Assembly: GCA_963514005.1 (NCBI GenBank)
Contig: OY740782.1
Location: 103,292,001-103,356,000 of the forward strand
Length of the DNA: 64,000 nt
Source of the DNA: Raja brachyura
Lineage: Eukaryota
Reading direction: 5' to 3'
Part shown: in pieces, positions 38,801-50,800 of the stretch
Layout: each line of letters opens with the position of its first letter
How positions within the stretch are numbered: the first letter of the stretch is position 1
Program-made: the position numbers and the translations under genes
Notes under the pieces: model-generated
Told to the model about the DNA's origin: nothing
The model's database searches: none
The model's input: the letters and a program-made list of their open reading frames with translations, nothing else

Positions 38801-41800
38801 GGCTTTTCTGTTAAGTAATATGTATGCAATGTTATTGCATCATAAATGAGTAATTGTTAGTAGAACTAAATGGCACAGAGTTTTGCAGTTACTGCACCAA
38901 GACTAAATCGCTACGTTATTCAATTAGCATTTTAATAAAATAATGTTACTTTAAAAGTTAGTTAAACCTAATAATTAATGCCTGATCATTATTTAAACGC
39001 CTGGGAATAATTCTAATGTAATATTCCCATGTAATTTGCCATGCTTTATTCAAACCTATTAGATTGAATAAGCTGTCAATAAGGGGAGCATACAACCTAA
39101 AACCAACTTACAGCAGGACCTGATTTGCCAGGAGCACCTATAATGCCGGTACTACCTACGATACCCTGAAAAATAACACATTAATGTAAGGTGAGAAAAC
39201 TTACTGGAAGACCTTGATTTCCCACAATACCACTTCTACCAGGTTGTCCCATGAGACCCTATAAATAGTGAGGAAAGCATAAATGTTTTACATCTCATTC
39301 TATAGTGTATACAATTAAGCTATATTACATTAGATTGTCAACAAATTGATCTATTCATTCTCTAACTGTAAAGGCTATAAAAATCCCTCAAGGGCGAATT
39401 CCAAATGACAACTCGTCAGCATATGCAGAAATGAATTGCTCCTGAGGCTTTATGAAACAAGTAACACATAATTGAATAAGTGTTCCAAGATATGAAATAA
39501 AAGCAAAACTGGTGGCTATTCACTTTTAAAAACATAATTGTGCAAAAATAACATAATATGTCTAAATTAGATAATATATTTACCACCAGGGGGCGCCGCA
39601 CGATGGCTGCCACGCCAACGGTCTGTCTCCGCCTTTATCCTTCTTTGTGTTTTAAGTTTGTTGTAAAATGTAATTTTGGTTTATCTTTAGTTTTGTATTA
39701 TGTGGGGGTGGTGGGTGGAAACTTTTCTTATCTCTTTCCACACCGGAGATGCAACTTTTTCCTGTGTCGTATCTCCGTCCGCACTGCGCTCTAACATTGT
39801 GGAGTTGGCGGCCTCTTGCTGGGACTTCTAGAGCTCCAAAACCGCGGAGCCTGTGGACTTTAACATCTCAGTGTGGGAGACCCCTTTACCAGGGTTCGGC
39901 CTTTGGTGCTCCAAACTGTGGGAGCTGCGGACTTTAACATTACGGAGCTCACAGTCCCTGGTTAGTGGCCGGCTTCGGGAACTCCAAGTCACAGGAGTTC
40001 AACCGCCCCAATGCGGGAGCTTAGACCGCCCCGATGTGGGAGCTCGGTCGCCGGTTGCGGACGGTTCGACTTCCCCAACCGCAGGAGGAAAGGAGGAAAG
40101 AAGCTAAGACTTTATTGCCTTCCATCACAGTGGGGCACGTGGAGGAGCCGATGCGGTGGAAGTTTATGTCAATTTTTAATGTAGTTATGTGTCTTGTTGC
40201 TTTTTTGCTATCACTGTATGACAAACCAAATTCCTTGTGTGTTGCAAAACATACTTGGCTAATAAAGTATGATTATGATTACATAGTGGATTTAAAGAGA
40301 AATATATATATATTTTTTTATTATAGCATAATGTTGGAAGCTTATTTTAAAATGTTATGAACAGTTTATTAACATAAACTACAATACCATATCAGATTTT
40401 TAAAAATTGTGAAAATTAGAAGTATGTAAATGAAATAAATACTAGAACGCAAACTTTTAGTTGCATTCCTTTCAGCTGGGCTTATTATTGCAGTTGTTGC
40501 TTTAGTATTGCTCACCCGTAGACCAGGCATACCACTTTCACCAGGACGTCCCATGTCACCACCAGGCCCTGCGGCACCAGCAGTACCCGTTTCACCACGT
40601 CTGCCTTGAGCACCCTAGAGGTGATATAGAAAAGAAAGTAGAGTTATTCTGAATATCTCTTGTAAATCAACCAACATAATCATTCAATACAAAGCAAGGA
40701 AAAAAATCACAGTTTGTAGAAAATAGTCACATGCTGTTCATTTTATTTGATTTTTTAATATTAAAAGAGTAAAGTTTACCATGCCACCAGCTCTTCCAGA
40801 ACTTCCGGGCATACCACGGTTACCAGGGGAACCCTACAAATAAAATTCAATAAAAAATTGAATGTGTACTCAACAATAAATCTCATTGCATTTTGTAAGT
40901 GTTAACGTATTGGGAAGTTGCCAAAAAAAAAACCTCAGAAATATTATGGTCTAATTTATTACAATGTTATAGTTTTTTGTACATAATTATTAAAATTAAA
41001 TTGACTGGTCTTGTGTAGACAAAGGGATTGCAGCCCAGTCTGTGTGTATATGTCTGCCACAAGCAAACCATTCATAAAGATTCACCAGAATAGTTAAAAA
41101 TTAAAATGAACAAAATTATTCAAATGCAGTTACATTGGTGAGAATTCTGAAACTATTAAACAATGCCCACATTCAATGCCCATATTTTGTTGAGTGCTCA
41201 AAATTGCAAATAAAAGATACAAGTTCACATATCACCAAATAGCTGTAAACATTATTATTAGGTAATGTTGATTTAATTTGTAAAATTGAAGGTCTGAATG
41301 CTTTGCAGTTTAGTTTACAAAATGTAATGTTAACTTTACCCTTTCGCCTGGAATTCCCTGAAGTCCTTGAAGACCAACTTCACCACGAGCACCTTGCTTG
41401 CCTGATTCACCAGATTGGCCAGGGGAACCTGCAGGTCCAGCATCACCCTGATTTTAGCAACAGGAATGTGTAGACATGAGTGACAGTTGACAGAGAATCT
41501 CAAGACAATCAAACTTGCAGAGAAAAGGTCCAACTAACAAAAACATCAAAGAATAAACACTCACAGGCTCGCCTTTGGAACCGGTCTCTCCCTTGATACC
41601 TTGAACGCCAGGGTCACCCTGATAAGGATAAAAGGAATGGGTTATCAAAAATAGTTATTTCCTCCCATCAGATGGAATAGTTATGGCAATTGCTTGACAG
41701 CTAGATTGCATGCTTTACTTACAGAGAGTCCACGAAGACCTGCAGGTCCTACTGCACCTGAGGCGCCGGCTATACCACGGGCTCCTTGGAAGCCAGGAGC

Positions 41801-44800
41801 ACCTGCGATACCTGGGGCACCCTGTGTAAGAAACACACCCAAGTCAAGTATTTGATGGCTAAGAAATTAAATGAAGAGGCACCATAGATGCATGCTGAAT
41901 GTACCAACCATTGCACCCTTTGATCCAGTAAGACCATTGGAACCTGCATTTCCCTAGGATAAAAAAAAAACAAATGAATATAGAAATGAATATTTTCATT
42001 TGAATTAGATCCTTTCTTAAAATGCTTGAAAGGTATTGCTGTCATAAGTACTTACAGTAAGACCCATGGGGCCAACGGCACCAACAGCACCAGGCACACC
42101 TCTGGTTCCTTGAGCTCCAGTTGGACCACGAGCGCCCACTGGTCCAACCTCACCCTTTGTAAAGTGGAAATAAAAGAAAGGCAGGTTGTGAGTTCAGCCT
42201 GGGTTGTTATCACAGGTATATCGAACTTCTTAACTTGCTCCTAGCTAAGTGATACAGCATCTGTCATGTCTGCCATCAACTATTATAATCCTCTCCATCT
42301 AAGATGATTTCTGAATATTACCTATTTACCTTGCTTTCCAATGGACATTGTTATTTCATGCTGTATTTAATTATATTGTTTTTTTTATTAGAATTCCAAA
42401 ACAACTGGTAAGTTAACCAGCGGGAATCTCATCTAATAAAAATATGAATTGGTGTGCAAGATTATTTCAGTTAGTGTTGAGAAAATGATATATCATACAA
42501 AAGGTTTTGGTGCATAAGGACCAATGTAACTTACAACTCAGCGAATCTAAGGATGTAATGATTAATTTACCTACCTTTGCCTCAATGTATACATTTTGGA
42601 ATAAGTATATTGTTCATATTTGTATCTGTATGGTTTGAAGTCATTTTTAGACCTTTTAACCATTAAACCACCAAATAGGAACAACGTTTAATCCTATCTC
42701 TTACAACTCATTTAGAACCTATTGATCAAGTAATGGAATACCATTATAAATTATGTCCGTCAAGTACAATTATTTAGTTTATTAAATCAAAAATAATATT
42801 TTATTTTGTTTGGACAATTCTTTCAAATTATATATCAGTCTATCAATTAATGCACTTCTTTGACTAATGTTGAGTCTCAGTGAGGAAAAATCAAACCTGC
42901 AGTAGTTTAAAACATATTTTTCCTAATAACATAATTTTCCTAATAACAAATCCGAGAAACACATCATTTGTTATGGAGAGCTTACCCAATCTAAGCACAT
43001 TGATCATTTATGTTCTGAAATAAGCTATGATTGGAATAATCCCTTAATAATATCAATATAACCATGAATGCAATTTTAGATAATCTCATATTTCAAGTAA
43101 TAACCACATTGCGACTCCTTGTTTTTGCATATTTTCTTAGAAGAGTTGTAAAACTGGGAGATTGGCATGGCAGATATCTAGTTCCTGCCATGTTATATCA
43201 TAGACCATTTAGAGGGTGACCATGAATAATAATTTCATGAGGTTATCTTACACATAAATGAATGTATTTTTTTCATTATTAACATGGCGTGGCTGAGTAA
43301 CTGTAAAACACATATGTACGCAGTGATGCTCTGATGACACCAAAGCAGTCATGTGATCTCACAACTAGCTATAAAAGAAGCACAGAAATCTACACTGAAT
43401 GCTGCCGAGAAATCCAGTTGATAAATAGAGGCCACGTTCGAGCTATCCTTATTTGTGCTATTACATCCTTAGATTTGTTTAATTCTATGTCACATTGGTT
43501 CCTACGTGACAATCATAAAATTAAACAAGGATTGTTCTTGCTTGCACTGGCTTATCTGGAAGGTGACCTTTAGATAAAAGGATAGGAATTAATTTGCTTA
43601 ATTAATTTGCAACTTAATATTGTACAATATTTACATTTGTACAATATTGAATGCAACAACCAATTGAATATCTGGTCCGTATAAAATCACATTCAAAGAA
43701 TAAAAGCAATGATTGCAATTTGTTGAGAATCATCTGCCCTGCAGCAATGTTCACTCAATCCAAATCAATGCTTGGCTTTAAGAATTTTCTAAATGCATGA
43801 TAATTTATGATGGGAATCAATGGATTGATATACGTCATTTAAAGCATAATTTTGATTTTTAATGTTTATTTATCAGTTTAAAACATCCCTCATCAATTAA
43901 AGTTATGTGGTGTTATATTCCATTCCCAAATAATTCACTATTTCTGACAATATAAAATGCTGACTTACCTTGAGACCAGGACTGCCTGGAAAGCCTGGAG
44001 GACCAGTTGCACCAGCGAGTCCCTGTAAAGTAACAAAATAACAATATTTACCTTGTGAACATTTTAGAAATACAATTTGCCATAATATTTCTTATGTCTC
44101 AAATATCTGCCTGGGCGACATTTACAATCAATGCTGCAAAAGACCATTGCCATTAGGGAAATATATACATTCGATCAATATCAGTTATTCAGATCAGGAA
44201 TACGGTATAGTATTTCAGAATCAGTTTCACTGCACTCTCACATTATTTATTATCATCAATAATTTCAAGGATTACCATGATTACTAATTTCACTGGAAGT
44301 CATTTATAAGATATCATCATTTTACATCATAATTTCACGTAAATGATGTGGAGGAAAACATAAAGAGCTGGAGCAACTCAGCTGGTCATGCATGATTTGT
44401 GGAGAACATGGATAGGTGATCTTTCGGGTCAGGTCCTTCTTTAAATTGAGTGTAGTGACGTGGTGGGGGGGGGGGGGGGAGAAAGCTGGAAAAGAGGTGA
44501 GGGTGGGACAAAACATGGCAATAAGGGATGGTACGATTGGCAGATGAGTGGACAAAGGCAAGAGGTGAAAGGAAGAGAAGAGAATGCAGAAAAGAGGAGT
44601 GAAATGTAGAGCCAGGGGATGAACATATGAGGAAGGGGACAGTACTGGAAAAGGGGAGGGGGGGGGGGGGGGAGATAGGATGGTGGGGGAAATGTGTGCA
44701 GCTAGTAGAGCTGTTGCCTCACAAAGCCAGAGACCCAGTATAAATTCAGATCCTGGGGTTATCTCTATGGAATTTGTACATTCTCCCTGTGTCTGCATAA

Positions 44801-47800
44801 GGTTCTTCTGGGTCCTCTTGTTTTCTCCGCAATGCCAAAGACATGAACATTGGTAAGTTACTTAGCCAGAGTAAATAATAGTTGTATCTATGGGGGAATT
44901 GAGGGGAATGAGGAGATAATGAAAACAGGGATTTATGCAGGCTTAGTGTAAATGGTTTGTCGATGGTTGGTGTGGACTTAGTGAATTGAAAGGCTTGTTT
45001 CCATGCTATATCTCTCAATAACTATATGCAAGTGGTATACTTACAGGATGGCCAGAAGGTCCTGCCATTCCATCACTGCCTCGGGCACCCTTCAATGAAT
45101 CAGGAAACCATTTTTAATAAATATACTTATAATCAGAAGATGCACAAAACTACAAGACAGATTATCAGTCTTGAAATTGATGATAAAGAAAGACACATAT
45201 ATGTTCTTCCATAGAAATGACAAAATATAATATTTTAACACACCATCAAGATGCAAATCATTACTTTACATTACTGATGCTGTTAAAATCAAATTTAATT
45301 TTAATTAAAAAAATTACAATTACAAATATTACAATATGTTGGCACGGGTCTCATTTAATGGAAAGGTAAATGTACAATCAATAATTGGAAAAATCAGTTA
45401 GATAGGTAGATTGCCCACCAAACAAAATGTCTGATCAGCCATGAGGTGAATAAGGCTTTCCACCAAGAGCACAAATAAACTAAATAGAGAGAGAGTCAGA
45501 AACAGGACACTCACAACTGCACCAGGAGATCCCATGCGGCCTCTCTCACCCGAAGAACCACGGACACCCTGTTTGCAAAAGAAGAAACATTCACTTATTT
45601 TCACATAGATTGTTAAGTGAAATTATGACTTTGTCCCCTGTATCATCAGCCAGCAATTCCACAGAAAAACTCTGGTAACATCTAGGTCACTGAACAGCTT
45701 GCCTCTGTTTTCCATGCCTGCATATTGAAACGTTGAAGATAGGAAGCAGGGGAAAAATCTCGTGCCAGCACATCTCACCATCGTTTAGCTGCTGGACCCA
45801 GCACTGGATGCACTTCACATCCAGCCCCTCAGCTTTACGCTAGCCATGTTTGGCTTATGAAATGCAAGCTCATTTGAGCCATGATTAGAAAGGCAAGCAC
45901 ATGCAGATAAGAGGCTTGTTTATTCTTTTTTAGTTGACATTATTTTAAAATTAATTTCTTCATGCTATCCAGGATGGAGCCACAGCCTGACATCAGGTCG
46001 CTACCTATGGACCACTCAACCTCACGGCTCAACCACAACATCGAGGTGCCAGGACATTAGATCCTGCTAAACAACAGAAAATATGGCTGAAACTTGACTG
46101 CGAATAGCACGGATTGGAGACGACAGGAAGTGACCAAATCAAGCAATGATTTGCAAAAATTTACATTATTTACTATTATTGACAAAGCTGTCATAATGGG
46201 TTACCCAGGGCATTAATAAAACCATTCCTCCATTTTGAACATGCAACACATACCACCATTCCAGGGCTACCATTTGATCCAGTGTTTCCATTTTCACCCT
46301 GGAATTTAAAAAATAGCAGTATGAAGTTTTAGATTGGCTTATCACAGTATTTATTACAATAAATGTTCTGCAATAAGTATTAGCTAAATCAATGTTTGTC
46401 AAACAGTTCTGTGTGAGAAACACCTGCAAATAATAACACACATCAAAGGATCACTTGCAAATATTGTCATACTCCTGGATGCTTATTGATGTTTTGCTGA
46501 AAGGAATGTGATGCATTTGTTGTAGAAAATATAGTTTATTTGATATATGTATTACAAATAAACCGTTTTTTTATATTACTGATGAACCAAAAATAACCAA
46601 GATCCTTGAGGAATCAACAATTCAAGGGCAATATAAATGTTGGATGAAATCATTAATTTTGGTGTTTGATTGCATGACTGTGGCCTGACATAATACAGTC
46701 TTGCAGAAATATATTATAGACTGCTTAGGTTCAGGGAACTACTGATGCTTTCATTAAAAAATAATATTTCAAAATATCATTAAGACTTTTATTTTTCTAT
46801 TCATTCTTCCTTAATAGTCTTTAGAGGAGAGGTCTGAAAGCATGACAGAAGGTCAAAATGATCCATCCTTCGGAGTGATAATTTAGTAGAGAGTGGCATA
46901 AAAGATGGGAAAAGGAAAGAAGTTTGCCTTACCAAACAAAAGTAAAGATACATTTATAGAGTTTTTTTGGGAGGTTCTTTTAATAAATAATTCACTCTTT
47001 AAAAACTCTCAGAACAATAGAAAGTGCAAGGATAATGCTAGATCCTTATTAACAGCCAAGACCATTAATGAGAAGTGTTGTGAGGACTGTGAATTTGTCA
47101 ATAGAACTGTGATAGCTTGTCAAAGATATGCTTACAATAGTAAACATGAATTTTTGGTTCTTGTGAGATACACCTGTGTCTATAAAATGGGGATTGTTTA
47201 GAAATAATCAAATAATAATATGTGAAACATCACATCAATGGCCAGAAGCAACTTCTGGCATAGGAGAGTCATGTCTGCGAGAGGCTTTTATCGTGGTTTT
47301 AAGATTAACTTGGTATCTACCCATGATATGTCCAGTTAGATTTTAAGAAGGTTCTTGCATTGGACTCTTCAGCACAGTTTCAAAATCGCAAGGCAGTTTT
47401 CCTTTCTTTAAGTATATGTTAAAGCAGCCAACAGATGATTTGTGTAAGTTAGGTTGCATTCTGTCATGGAAACAATTATTGGGCCTAAAATTATAAAGCT
47501 GCTTCTAATTTCAGTACTGGGTTGTGCATGACTACAAAGCTAATTGTGTTTCTCGACAGAGTGGGTCATGACTCTTCTAAGGAGGTAATGTTTCACAGAT
47601 GGTTTAAACATACATTGTTTGGCAAATCACTTATGACTATGGTAGTAAGCAAGGGGCAGGAGTTTCTTTCTGTGGGTGCTATATTTTGATTTTTGCTTGC
47701 GTTATTCTGTTTAATTGTTCTCTCTGTACACCCATTGAGGGTAAAATGTCCAACCAGTTTCCAATTCTTGAGCAATACAAATGTTACCCAAAATTCATAA

Positions 47801-50800
47801 TTAGTTTTCATTATTTGATGTAAAGGCTGACACTAACTCGTCTTATTGAGAAATCTCGGTCAGATTGGATTTGAGGATCAACCATTTATTTATTCCAGTA
47901 TTGATTTGGAAAGCAGAAAACTGAAATAAGTGTTTTTTTATTGTGAATTTTTAGAATAGTTTGCTACAACACATGTTTAATAAGATATTGTTCCTTAATA
48001 AGATGCTCTTGATAGAGAAGTTTGTCATTGCATTGTCGACTTACAAACAAACTGGACCAAAAAGATGAATCTCAGAAATGTAATGCACGTACAAAAAAGA
48101 CATGAGATAAAAACAAGGATTTCCATGGAAAAGATATACAATAGCAGAGATTAATGTACTCGGATTGCAACATGCAAATATCTGCTCTGAAACAAATCAT
48201 TATAGTAAAAACAAAAAGTGGCAGAACTACCTATTTATAACATTAGTAGTAAAAGGGTGAGGCTAGGTAGATTTCTATTTGTTTTTTACTGGGGAGGCCA
48301 CAATTGAATCCTGGATTGCCTCCCCCACCCCCATCCTCCCCCTAAATGGACGGCAATTATATTTTCTGATCCAAATTAATTATATATTTCAATTAAATTC
48401 TAAGTAGCAATTAGGATTTTGATTTGCTCAGTTTTCTAAGACTAGAATCTTTAATTGCAGAAAACTCACAAAACTCACAAAAAGTTAACATAATTAATCC
48501 AGGAGGCTTCTCTTTGATTTTCTGATGTAAAATCTGGTTATATTGCGAGCAGAATTTAATAAAACAGCAGCTGATTAATGAATTTCCATTTTATATCATA
48601 TCACTAAATGTTTCCTCAACTAATGTTTCGACCTAATTCACTATAATGCTATTGTGGCTACAGCCTTACCGTCATTCCAGCAGAGCCTGGTTCTCCCTTA
48701 GTTCCATCCAGGCCAGTGTAACCCTGTAAAGAAATGGAAAAAGTTATAAAATGAAGGCCAATTACACATCGTGGCACAAATCAAGTAGCAAAGATATAAT
48801 ATTCAACTCACACGGTGTCCTTTCCTGCCAGAAAGACCAGGAGTACCTGGGAAACCACGAGCACCCTAATAAGATGAAAGGAGAAATATAATCAATGAAT
48901 CATCAAAACGAAAAGACATTGTCAAGCCGTTGTTAGTACAGGAAGATTAATGCCTTCAAGTTCAATGGTGATAAACCTCATGCAACAACTTCACTTGCCT
49001 GGGGTCCAACAATACCACGTTCGCCAGATTTGCCAGATTTGCCATTTGAACCCTGTATAAAACAAAGATGGAATCTTACTTTTCACACAATGTCAATGAC
49101 CGAAGCACTTTACATATACTTACTGTACTAGGTGGATTAATTCATCATTTTAGTATTTAGGTGAATGAATCGTGTATGATTTTTATATAATTGCTATCAA
49201 ATAATAATTACCAATTAAGTGCTAGGCATTTCCAACTTGCCTAATATATCAGGTGAATGAATCTTCAGTCCGCCTGAATTTAGCAAAATCTGGTAGATTT
49301 AACCTAAATGCTGTCTTCCGGATCAGTGACTGCTGTATTAGGAATAAGACATTCCTTGGACAGATCAAGTTCAGATTAGCTTCATTTTTAGCTTCAGATC
49401 ACCCATTTCCATTTGCTGAACATAGAGAAAAACTAACGTTATTTCCCCCTCAATCAGAAAGTTGACGAGTTAATTGGACCTAAACTATTGAGATCCTCGG
49501 ATGGTTTGACTGCAAACTACTGATATTCCTTTGGCATTGCTGACTTCCTTGCCTGAATTTTGAAGAATGGGTTAGGCAGATACTGAAGATCAGGTGTCAG
49601 TGCATATATACTCAATAATGAATCTAGGGGTGGACTCAGTCATGTCTGGCTGAGGCGTTGGTTACATTCTTTAGCTTCAGCCAGGGCTAGAATATTCAGT
49701 TTAATCCCATCTATTTAACTGGGCTCATTGACCTAGATATCAAGTGCAAGTGGTTTAATTATTTTGAAAAAATAATATTTATTGTTTTAATGATTTTAGA
49801 TCAGATAAGTGGAGTTAAAAATAAATGTATTATTTTAGTTTATATAATTCCTAATTTTAACAAAATGGTTTAAATGTTTTTGAATAGCCAACATTTAGAA
49901 GCAGTGGAATGGATGTTCAGGGTGTCCAGGACCTCAGGTCTATCACCTGAGGAATAGTCATTGCTTATGGGTAGGAAGGAACTGTGGATGGTGGTTTAAA
50001 CTGACCCAAAACATCACCCATTCCCTCTATCCAGAGATGCTGCCTGGCCCGCTGAGTTACACCAGCATTTTGTGTCTATCTTCAGTCAATGTTTATGGAC
50101 TGCTTCACTTCCAGATATCGCTCCAGCACCAAGGCCTGGATCGTGATTTGATCCTCAGGACTACAAAGGCTAGTACTGCAATGGGAATCATACAGTCAGG
50201 GAGTAGCAAGGAACAGCTGCATACGTATGACACCTACTGTGTCCTCATGAACATTATATTTGTTACATAAGGTATTGAAGGGACAGTGAGGAAATGACTC
50301 GCTGTCCACATTGTAAATGTAATAGGAACAAATCTGGCAAAAACATGTTCATTCTATGTATTTATTCCTTTTAAAATATTTTAGATGAAGAATCACTGGA
50401 ACATTTGACTGACTTTTTCAAAGTAGTTAAATATTTAACGATCTACTAATGCAAGTTCTGTAATAGGAATCCTAGGATAGGAAATTACAATAAATGAAAG
50501 ATATTCTAATTCTTAAGGGTTTACATTTTATTCCAGTTATGTTATGTCATATTGTTCTTTATTGCACAGTTGCATATCTCTGTTATTATTTCTTTAATTG
50601 CATAGGAATCAAATGAAGGTTAAAATTTAGGCAGTTTGGTGGAGTTTTTGCAATGGCAATATCAGTGAGACGTTGGATTATTGTGGATATCTTTAAAAAA
50701 AAGCAAATATGCAACCCATTATGAATTTTAATTTAATTGAATGTGACTTTGATGCACCGGAACTTTAAAGGTATAGCAGAAAATTGATTCACTAAGGATG

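Noticed and set aside
39112-39258. Reading 24a, the spacer and 24b as one 147-bp exon
   Set aside because: The 39-nt spacer is in frame but contains TAA and breaks the Gly-X-Y pattern.
44322-44798. 158-aa Pro/Leu/Ser-rich ORF
   Set aside because: Low-complexity translation of a SINE plus a purine-rich repeat tract.
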